From Anthoceros angustus (taxonomy: Eukaryota; Plantae; Anthocerotophyta): a stretch of 64,000 nucleotides of DNA. The position numbers were made by a program, and so were the translations under genes. The DNA lies in contig MU008169.1 of assembly GCA_010909165.1 (NCBI GenBank), positions 744,001 through 808,000 of the forward strand. Direction: 5' to 3'. The notes beneath the pieces are model-generated. The model saw nothing but the letters and a program-made list of their open reading frames with translations. It searched no databases and was not told the origin of the DNA. Below, piece after piece: positions 26,330 to 36,545 of the stretch. How positions within the stretch are numbered: the first letter of the stretch is position 1; each line of letters opens with the position of its first letter.

Positions 26330-27290
26330 CCCGTGCATTACGTTCTCTTATTGTAGCGTTGAGATCACCACGAGGCTAAAGTTGACGTGAATTTTGTGCC
26401 GATAAAGCACATAGATCTTTCGGGTGAAAGAAATCATCAAGACACCTACTTGGGTCCCTTATTTCTGGTCCCTCTTGTTAGGACACCTTCAAATTCCGAA
26501 GAGATTTATGGATACCCATTCCTTGTCAGCTCAGATTTCCCAACTCATTATACTTTGCCACAACCGCAATCTTGTTGGGGCAAACACAACCAGCTGGAAA
26601 ACCTTCTCTTGTCCGACCGCAAAGCCCGCTCACCGCATGTAACAAATGTCACGCTTAGGGTTGAAATTTGAATCCAGCAGTAACGCGGAGTAATGGAGCT
26701 ACACCTTCTTCACAAGCCTTCTTCACAAGCCCGATAGAGTCAAGAACCCTCGAAGGGTCTTTCTTTGTCATTGAATTAACCAAAACATCGAGCACTTGGT
26801 AGCATTACCTTCGTATTGTGGCATTGAGATCACGACGAGGCTAAAGTTGACGTGACTTTTGTACGATTAAGAGTTTGTCGAGATGTTTCGTCACAGCATT
26901 GGACTGAAAGAACTCATCCCCACACCAACTACTTAGATGGGATGCCGTTACTCCAATGCTGTAAGGAGACACCAAACATTTGGACTGACTCTACACAGTC
27001 ACTTATCTCTTGGTTCCTGTTATCCTGATGCCTTCTTGTCCGGATAGGTAGTGAGCAAGATAGCCTCTATGAGCCTTTCTTCAAGCTTTAGATTGTGACC
27101 TCCAAGGGCTTAGGATCGTTATGCTTATCTTCCTCCAGGGTATCATCATGCTCATCTTCGCGTTGTTGTCTTCACGTGGCTGCAAAATGGCCACTGTCTA
27201 CACCTGCAGTGAAGCAGCTCCACAAACATGCTTGACAGGAGCTCAAAGCCAGAGGAGATGAAAGGCTCGTCGTGCCCACAAACTTGCTGC
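26330..27290 (-). pseudogene. Scrambled SNF2 fragments (C-terminal and N-terminal pieces)
   Basis: Pieces match 13250-13680 (aagaaccctcgaagggtc) and ~15000-15140. Confidence 0.55.
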
Positions 27291-28479
27291 ATCATTTCCT
27301 TCTCATGATAGAGAAGAAAATGATGCAACAAGGAACCCGCCCACTGCTCCCCGGATCCAGAGCACCGTCCTTGAATCCAGCAGCCCGGCTCTCTTCGCTA
27401 AAGCGTTGGAGGATGCGAGAATCTCGATAAGATCGGGCGATTCGTGCTTGCCCACCTCGCTAATCGCATCCGGACTTCTTCTCGCATCCTCAAACATCTC
27501 GAAGCGGCGAGCCCAATCTCATCCAGACGATAACACGATATCTTGTGAAGGGGTTAATATTCACGAAGGGGTTTCACGGAAATATCCCGAAGGGGTTTGA
27601 CATGGGTCCGCAACTCGTGGTTATAGAGGTATGAATGAATATAGGCGAGAAGAAGGGTGAACTTTCGTGTGAAGCATTGACATGAGGTTCATTTCTTGCC
27701 GGTGAAGGGTTAAGGTGCAAGAGGTAACCCTATTTTGGGTGCATATAAGACCCATGTGAAGGACCATTCACGCACCGCGCTGGTCTTCCTAGCCAAAACA
27801 CCCTTAACATTCATAAAAGGACGGTGATCGGATGATGAACCGTGATGGCGGGACCGAAGGATGTTTGAGGAGTAGGGCGCCGGCCGGCCGGCGCCCCTAT
27901 TCTGGCGTTGCTCTGACCTATTGGGAAAGGCGGGTAGTAGCAGGCCTTTGCTCGCTGTGTGTACACAAAGACTATAGGTGTGGGGTGAGTGGGTGGCTTC
28001 CGCACACCATAAATTGAGCCCAAGAATATAATCACATTGTTAAAACCCAAAGACTACAATCGGCATACGGAAAACGTGGGCGCCGGTAGTTCCGCGTCAT
28101 CGCACACACAAACATGCCCGGGCTACACATGTGTTACTGCCAATATGCGGAATGCCAAGCCATTAACTACGCCATACTTCCTCCATGTCCTCCGCTTGCG
28201 GAAATGGCTTGCACATCGAAAATTCTATAGCATGTGAAGTCTACTGAGGTATCTGAGAGAAAGCAGCTCCAATATTCTATCATGGGCCTACACTCTTTTG
28301 AGACATATGTGTGCCGAACACGGGGAACCTTAGCCTCCCAAGATCCCATGCAAGATGACACAACATTCGGAGGGCTTTCTACTCTTCTCCGGGCCACTCC
28401 ATCATCTTATTTGGGTCCGGCATCATGACCATCATCTTCACTATCCTCGGTGGGACTTTCACTTTTCAGGTTGAATGAA

Positions 28480-31150
28480 GCCTCGCACGCAATGAACTTC
28501 TCTTTGATTGCCTTCTTATCTACAGTACAAGTGTCTCCGCGTAGTCAATGTGAACCCATAATAGAGGATGACAGTTTCGTGAACAAAAACCTTTTGGATA
28601 TTTTTTGATGGATGGATTTCGCTCCCTTTTCCTGCATTGCTCGAGCTCTGGCATCCCTCCGATTAAGTATTCTTCTCATTACCTTCCTTAAATCGCATCG
28701 TGTGTTCGATTCAGTACCAATGAACAAGGAAGTGAGGTATGGCGAATGCAATTGAGCAGCGATTACCTTGCCAATCCAAAAGGGTCTCATGCGTGTCGTG
28801 TCATGAGGCAACAAACATCCTCTTTATTTCCGCGATATCACCATTCCGTTCCATTTCCTTGTTGCCTCCCGTGTTTGGTATGCTCCCAAATACATATCTC
28901 GTTGTGGGGTCCCTTAGCAATGCCTCCTCCAAAGCCACATCGGAACATGGAGGTTGGTATGCATCCACTTCCGATCTTGAGTACCATTTCCAAGGATTAC
29001 GTAGCACAAGGCCAATGTTGTTTTGCACAATATGACAATCTCCTCTTGGTCCAACCGAGCTTCCCACCATAAAAACTCCTGTGATGTCACATAAGGCCTA
29101 AGTTCAGACCATCCTTAAGATGGGCAGCTGCGATTGGTGATAATGTCACTGTGTTCCTTTTTATCCCTTGACGCGGTCAGTGAGGGCGGTGTTATAGTGT
29201 CGGAAGGACAAATTTCGAAACTCAAACCCCTTCCGTTTCCCATTGTGGCGAGGTGGAATCGCTTGCTCGATAATCACGAACCGCGGTCCGCTTTCTCTTC
29301 ACGTGTTATTTTAAAGCGGTCTTTGGAGCGATAAGTTGTTCAATCTCTTTCTGCGCCCATAAGTGAGGCCTCTCGGCCTTGTCTAATAGGCCACACATAT
29401 GACCGTCTGCCACTTGATCAATATCTTTACCTCTGGTGACGTGTACGCATCAAGATCTCGACAATGCGGGGCGGTGAGCTCTTTATGTCTCAAGCTTTTG
29501 GAGAAGCAAGAAAACATCGATTTGATCATGCGTATGCCCGACCAAAAGGAATCCCACTTTCACTTTTCAAAAGTACCCATATCAACAAGCATGTTCGGAT
29601 ATGCAAAAGCGGTGGTTCTTGTTCTCCGCATGTGTTGTCCATTCAGATACAAAACTCTTGGCGGGACCCCTCGTAATTATGTATAACGTCACGAATGATG
29701 GTGATCGTCGATTGCGTCGTTCGTAAATTCGCATAATGCAAATAGGCTCTCGCTTTGCGTGTAGTTGTGAATCATACACCCAACCACGTGGTGAAATCGA
29801 CACTCCTCTACGAGGTTTTTAACCGGAGAAGATGAGGAATCTGTCTTTTGGTCCATTCCATCTATGGATAGTAGCATATACTTATGTGGCTCCACATAGC
29901 TCTTGCTCCTGTTTGGACATTTTCTCCCGCTCTGGTGGAGGCATGTGCTTCCAAAGCGACTGAAATTTCTCTGCCACAAACAAATGTCCTAGTCGAAATA
30001 TATCAAAATCCTCAAAACGGCATCCGTTAGGCCCTCCAAATGAGCAGAGACATCGACCTTAACAAGGAAACTTCTTCACATGCAGAATGCTTATTTGCGA
30101 GACGCTCATCCAAATGGGGATACATGGCGGATAAAGTGGGGGAGGGGCGGCGTGGGCGCCGACCGCGCCTCAATCTCGGCCTGTTCCGATTTGGGGCGCG
30201 CCGGAGGCCCGCCGGCCGCCTCCCACGCTCCACAGGGTTCGGTTGGGAAGGCGCCGCCGGCGCCTTCCTCTCGATTGGGGAGGTGAGCAAGCGGCTTCCT
30301 GGTCGCCACTAAATACGGCGCAGGCGGCCATTGTTGAAGCGCGCGTTTGGAAACCAAACACAAACAGTTATAGAACATGCACGTACATGCATCTCATATG
30401 AGAGAAGGTATTGGAAGAGCACATCCGCTCCATCGGGGTGTGAAGCAAATCCAAGCGGTGAACAACCTCATGGAGGACACATTGGTGCAAATTACCTTGA
30501 TCTTCCTTGTGCATTGTGTTCTGATAGTGCTCTTGAGACACAGCGAGCATGTTGAAAACTGTTGGACTTGAGTTTTACTGTTGGGAAGTTGCTTCTCCAC
30601 AATTTCAAGAACCATGGGTACTTGACGTAGCGAGTGTTAGAGTTTTGTGGCCTTGTACAAGGTCCATATTTCCAACTTTGTATACGTGTCGGGATTAAAA
30701 CATCCAAGTTTGGCGGCCGCTCGTATAAAGCGTGGCGTTGTCCATCCACGAAAGGGCATCCATCGCATCGTCGTGTGCCTTGGGTTTGGTTCAAATCCAT
30801 CCCAAGGTGATTCCGAATGACGCTCTTTAGCTCCTCATACCTCCTTGGCCAAGACAATGTACTCTTCTAAAAGCCTTCAAGCGGCGCGCAAGTCGCCCCA
30901 TGACATGTGTGACCACTTTCCCTATCACCTCGGGATCCGATGGGTGAACAAGAGCAGATATGTCTCCTGTTCTGTCTCCCCATCGAAAGTACGTTGCTCT
31001 TGAAATCGCGCTTTCCCCAACCGGCAAACACATTTTATGCAACAAGGCTTCTTGAAATCCTGATCATTGTATCCCCTTCACCGCCGCGACACTCCAGCTT
31101 CTCTTCTTGGCGTGATATCAAGCGCTTGTTGGAGCCTTCAGAGACTCACT
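28480..31150 (-). CDS. Sola-like DDD transposase (frameshifted in this consensus; boundaries approximate)
   Basis: Reconstructed with the mirror copy: KPCCIKMCL; FLKLWRSNFPTVKIPKSNRFSTCSLC; MLLSIDGMDQK; LDNTCGENKN; GFLLVGHTHDQID; C-terminal RPFWIGKV. The D...DNxxxxNKN...FLxxGHTxxxxD layout is Sola-type. Confidence 0.7.
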
Positions 31151-32111
31151 CAAAGGCTTGGGATGGAAGGAGCGACATGCATCGTGGTGGCTCGCTCGAA
31201 TCTTCATTGTCGTCAATGGGACCTTCCTCAACCGGTGAGCGGGCGCAATCAATCTCATGAAACAAACCACGGCGTGCAACCGTCGATGTCTCGAGAACGC
31301 CGCCATTCGGGAAGCAGGCGTCGGTTGGATGGGCTTCCTCCAAAGACATCGATGCAAATTCCTAGGTGTTGGAGGAACACCCACATGACATTGGCGGCGA
31401 CTGGCGGCGTCTTGGCGCGTATCGAACAACAATATCGGAAGAATGCATCAAAATCCCACAACCATTGATAGACTAGCGTCCACAGTTCCCATATGGAAAA
31501 AATCATCCTCTACCTTCATTATCAACGTCTTTCGGAATGGCAAAACGCACTCGACGGTGATGCCCGAGTTCGACGTGGTGGCTGAACAGTCTACTGCTTC
31601 TCCATCTTTCGGAAACACGCGACATTGTGAAGAAACCTTCTTCCCATTGTTCATCCCGGATGCACTAAGCGAACTCGAATCCGAAAACAAGATAGGGGTG
31701 AAAACCAAGTAATCCTTCCAAAAGGGCGAACTCAAACCTCTTGCTAGGTGGTGTGGGTGAGCAAACGTATGGCTCAACTTGTAGAAGGCGTCGATTGAAA
31801 CCACACTCGCGCGTCGTTTGAAACCACGATCGCGGCGGGTCTTGGAAGAGACCTCCGATTGCGAAAATGGTGAAGATGGCCATTGTCTTTATGGATAGGC
31901 GTCGGCGCGATGGGTAGGATATTATGTTCCTCTGTAATAACGACAACATGATGGAGTTCCGATGAGATATCCGGTATCGCGCCGTCCTCCGCTTTTATTG
32001 TCCACAGTGTGCCCGGCCGTCACCCAAGTCAATAGGGTTATGGTTCATATCGTGGTTTATATCGGGTATATGGATATATCTTGGCATAAGTTAATCAGCA
32101 TGTTTTTGGGC

Positions 32112-32140
32112 TATAAATACCGTTGGGGAGGAAACCCTAA
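32112..32140 (+). promoter_or_regulatory. Putative TATA box and telo-box upstream of the cargo gene
   Basis: TATAAAT at 32112 and AAACCCTAA at 32132, ~310 bp before the ATG at 32450, in the divergent intergenic region. Both motifs are present in the mirror copy. Confidence 0.4.
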
Positions 32141-32449
32141 TTACTATTTGTTTTCTCTTGCCACTTGCGTCACGGTGGGCGTTGGCCGCACTTCCACTTG
32201 AGAAGTAACGAGGAGCGTCTTGCTGGCGGTGTTGCCCGATTTGGAGGTGTGTCACAATTCCACGAATCCTCCCTTGCAGCCCGCGCTTGGGATTCGGCTA
32301 TCAGGCGGGGCTCGGGGTTGGGGAGGCAGGGGCGCATTCCTCGGGTGCATCAATCGGTGGTGCGAGTGAGGTTCGTTCTACTTCCATGTTAAACAATTGT
32401 TTCGCCTTCCAAATTGTGATGTCTTGTGATCTGCGGTTCATTCTTAAAG

Positions 32450-35400
32450 ATGGCGGCGGAAGGCGGAGCAAGAAGGACTGGCGATTCGATCCTCCGGTCC
32501 GCGGCGGCAGAAGAAGGCAAAGCGATTCGAGACGACATCCTAAATCGCGGCCGAGGTTCCCGCGCCGAGAGGAAGGCTGGAAGGAAGTTTGGGAGGGCCG
32601 CCGCACATTCGGAGGGTGGGGGCCATATAGCCTCTGGGCAAAATCCGGGAGCATGTCTTGGGAAAAGCAGCAGCAGGCTGGCGGGCAAGGAGCTGGGAAG
32701 GAGGAGGCAAGGCTTCAAAGCATCCGGTGCACCACACCAATTCCGTCGCCATTCGGCTATGAAGAAATGCACATCCATGATGGGTGGCAGATAGACCCTA
32801 TTGTCATTGTGCGGAAAATTGGATGCTAGTCCGGGATCCGCACCGGAGGTTGAAATGACATGGACCCCTTGCTCAAACTCGGATAATGGGGTATCGGGGC
32901 TTTGCCAATCAACAAGAGGTTGGTGTCTGGGCAAACATGGACATGAAGCGAGGGGAGCCGAGTTCACGCTGTTATGCACCACCAGCCATACGAGTTCGAT
33001 GCCGTCATCCAGACCCCGAGTTTTACAGTCTTATGTTCTCGGCCTCCAAGGTTCAACGCCAAAAATGTGCACCTCCTAGTGGAAGAGTTCGCGAATGCAT
33101 GCGCCACACGAGTTTCCAACAAACCTTTGAAAACCCTCGACTTTGATGACTAACATTCAACTTGTTTGTTTGTTTTCCACCACCTTTGGTAGGAATGGCC
33201 CTTATAAGGGCCTATTTGGGAAGATTAGGCAGTCATTGATCATAGGAGAGGCATCGATGAGAAGAGCACATCAAAGAATGGTTGAAGAGGCGGTGTCAGA
33301 CTTCCGAGGCGAACTTGGCCCATCCGATGAGGAAGAGGGCCCATTCTGACGTCGGGACATTCCGATGATGAAGTCTCTGGGGACGGGACGAACATAGGGA
33401 TGCGGCAATTTTGCACTTGGCAGCATGGGCCATCTATGAGTGTGCACACATGTAGTGAATCAGGGGAGCTTCAGGCGCCCCGTGGCGGCCCCAGGCGAGT
33501 GCAGGGGCTCGACTTGGCCCTCCGGATCCCAATGGTTTATCCGGTTCAGAAGGAGATATGGATGGGGCCGTGGCGGCACTCTCCATCCACAGAGCCCTTC
33601 CCGGACCCGCGGTGGAAGAGGTCTTGGATTGGGCAGAGAGGAAGTGGGTGCGGGGGGGACCAGGTATGGGCGGAGGAAGAAGGCGGGCGCCGGCCGGCGC
33701 CCTCCCTCTCCTAGAGAAAGGCGACCGGCCGGCTCAAGGCAAGCGCCTGCTGCGGTGTTGGATTCCAGCAGGTGCGAAGAAACCCAGTGGAAGCAGGCAG
33801 GGGAGGAAGAAAAAGAAATCAAAAGGCGGGCAAGAGGAAGTGTTTGGTGGCATTCCCACGTGCATATTTTGACGAAGAACGCATGCGACGCGATCCGGAT
33901 GCACCCCTCACTCGCCTAAGGGATTCGACTTACGGAAAGAAGGTTGTCATGGAGCAGTGCTAGTGAAATTGGAGAACTTACGACCCGACGCATATTACGC
34001 GGATCGATTCGCGGGGTTGATGAGGCATGGGCCAATCTCGCGAGTTATTTCAAGGGAGGATAGAGGAGGGTGTACGCCACTATTATGTATGATTGATCCA
34101 AGTGAGTGCAATGACCTCAAAGTTGGTGGAAGAGATGGCGGGCGAAAAAATATGTTATGGGGTTCTTGGTGGGAACCACACTTATGCGACCATGAAACAT
34201 CTATGATATATCACCGGGGAAGAAGAGGTTCCAATATGTGGGCGCATGTCTATTGCGGGCTTACTATGCAATGCGAGTCCTTGCCAATCACACATATCGG
34301 ACAAAGGAAGAAGATGAACTTCATTGAGCGGTCCGATACTTAAGAGATGAGCTTTTGATAGCAAAACGAGAAGTCAGATGACAATGGCATGGAAGTACAA
34401 TCATACAAGGTGCATTGATTGAGGATGATGAAGGCGCGAGGCATGTGCGAGAACAAAGTGGATAACCGCACACACATTTTATGCATTGCCAAGCGGGAAG
34501 GAAAGGTATGGGCCAATGTGGACTCCATTTTCAGTGGAGGCTGGAGAACTCCGGAGCGAAGAAGCATCTACCGGAGGAACAAGCAAGAAAGGGAAAGGCA
34601 AGTTGGAGGAGGCGGAAGCAAATGGACGTATCGAAGCCAAGGACATGTTGGCAAAGCCATGGAAATCGTTCAAGGCATACCGGAGAGTCACAAGAATTCG
34701 TCTGACGAGAAAAGGTGTTAAGCCGATTGATTTGAAGGGCATGGATGAGGAGATCACGCTTGGAAGAAGTTTCATGTCATACAAGTGGCGATGGTCAAGC
34801 ACACTGGGTGCTCTTCATTTGAGGAGGTCCGAGAGGAATATCCGTTGCATTCCACGACGGATCTTGTCGCGGTTTCAAAGCGCTTTTTTGGAAAGGTGAG
34901 TTTCTTGTCCATGTTCGCAAGTCATGGCGCGGCGGCCCGGCCTCCATTTTCTTTCCACTTTGGACTAACAAACTTGTGGTTCGCAAGAAGGACATTGAGG
35001 TCTTGTCCAAACTTCGGATGCCTTCAACATTTTATTTTGAGGTGAACAATTGGAAAGGGGCTGGAGGACGGCGTGCTTTAGCGGACAAGGACCTTGAGGA
35101 GGGGAGGTGTTCAATGTGCCCTCCTCGGATAAACAAGTGCAATACCAAGTGGAAAGAAGTTTGGGACATGCGAGGATTTCTGAGAGGACGGCAGTACACA
35201 CTTCTGGTGATGGACGTTCCAAGGGGGTTTCAAATTGGGCCCTTGGACAAACGAGTTGACAAGCAGATGATGGACACTGTTTTGCAGAGCTTTGCGGAGA
35301 AAACAACTTCCGATGAGTTGAGAATGATTGTCATGCATGGTGTGGAGGAGGCTCACACCGTCAGGGAGTCCATGCGAAGGTGGAGCAAGAAAGGGGGCTT

Positions 35401-36149
35401 GGTCTCATTTGTATGGGACAAGACCAACATGAACAATGACAGGGGTGGGTTCGAAACCGTGGAATATGTCACAGTGGGTTGGGGAATGAAAGATGGGTTC
35501 ACAGGGGATAGAGTTCCAATGATGCCCAATGCCATGCACGGCACTTTCAACAATGGGAGGTCGTGATCGCTCACGATACGGTTGTGAAGAAAGCAGTGTA
35601 CATGTCCCACAAGGCGGTGGTTTGCCCATACCGAGGCCTCTGGGCCTTATGATGAAACTTATCCGAACCTTCTCGAGAGAGATTGGATTTTGGATGTATG
35701 CTCGGGAGTGGGACAACGTTATGGCGGCTCTACTATGCGGACGGAATTGTATTGCTATAGAAGGCGACTTGAGGTGTGCGGATATATTGCACAAAAGTTT
35801 GGGCATGAGGTTACGCGATCTTTGAAGAACGACATTTGACGCCCACCGCAGAGGACTTGCGCAGTGCAGGCAAAGGAGGTGTGTATCGTGAGAAGGACTC
35901 CTGCAAGCTCGAGTTGTTTCCTTAAGCAAGAGGCGGTGAAGACCAAAAGCTGAGCACTTTTGTGGAGGACAGCAATCCTTGGATAGCGTTTGGCAGCCTT
36001 CCACGACCCAGCGGCGAGACAAGACTAAGCGAAGACACTAGGGCCTTGGGGAGAGCCCGATGAAGAGTGGAGCGCATTGAATCGCTATTGTGATGGATTC
36101 GGAGTTTGCTCTACCCCCGGACGAGTCCCAAGTTAGCCGTAGGGAGTAG
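32450..36149 (+). CDS. Transposon cargo gene: ParB/Srx-like segment plus beta-class N4-C/N6-A DNA methyltransferase domain (frameshifted in consensus)
   Basis: ~33850-34330 reads TPLLCMIDP...LWVLGGNHTYATMKHL...FQYVEAHVYCGL. ~35190-35800 reads YTLLVMDVPRGF (motif IV position), FVWDK, VEYVTVGW, then CPYQRPLGLMMKLIRTFSR(E)GDW(I/V)LDVCSGVG(TT)..AALLCGRNCIAIEGD (motifs X, I, II). That is the beta order seen in N6_N4_Mtase proteins. The N-terminal exon structure is uncertain. Confidence 0.75.
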
Positions 36150-36477
36150 GCTTAGTGATCTCATGTACTGTGCATCTGCTGCTTTGCTTAGTTCGCAATC
36201 ACTTATGGACCCGTTGCATTGAGGCAATTGATGTCTTCAGTTTCCCATGTTCCAAAGAATCAATGAAAAGGCGCCGGCCGGCCGGCGCCCTCGCACCGTT
36301 TTCATGTCTTTGTTGTGCGATAAGAGTTTTTCTCAATTCCTACTCGTTGGAACATGGTCGTCCGTTTTTTAAAAAGAGCCAAAACGCGTATTTCGGGACT
36401 GTGTGAATTGTGCTAAGGGGGTTTTCATTTCACGGAAGGGGGTTCGGATATTAACCCCCTTCACAAGATATCGTGTT

Positions 36478-36545
36478 TGATACAATCTCTTGGCCCTTCT
36501 CTTGTCTCTTTGTTCAAGCCTTGACATGATATCCGTGGAACTATG
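36478..36545 (-). pseudogene. DYW-domain sliver between the two transposon insertions
   Basis: Minus strand HSSTDIMSRLEQR continues the ...LRMCGVCH interrupted by the copia element. Confidence 0.7.

Larger units (their letters stand above)
27532..36477. mobile_element. ~9 kb TIR DNA transposon (Sola-like) carrying a DNA methyltransferase cargo gene
   Basis: ~30-bp TIRs AACACGATATCTTGTGAAGGGG(G)TTAATAT at both ends. 4-bp TSD TGAT/ATCA, clean in the mirror copy at 54373-54376 and 63669-63672. Transposase and cargo gene lie inside. Confidence 0.85.

Noticed and set aside
32450-36149. Bacterial contamination or restriction-modification operon
   Set aside because: The MTase lies inside a TIR/TSD-bounded element inserted in a plant PPR pseudogene, with intron-like signals and no cognate endonuclease.
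27534-36475. CACTA/EnSpm classification from the CACG near the termini
   Set aside because: No TSD fits a CAC start, and the transposase motifs are not TnpD-like.
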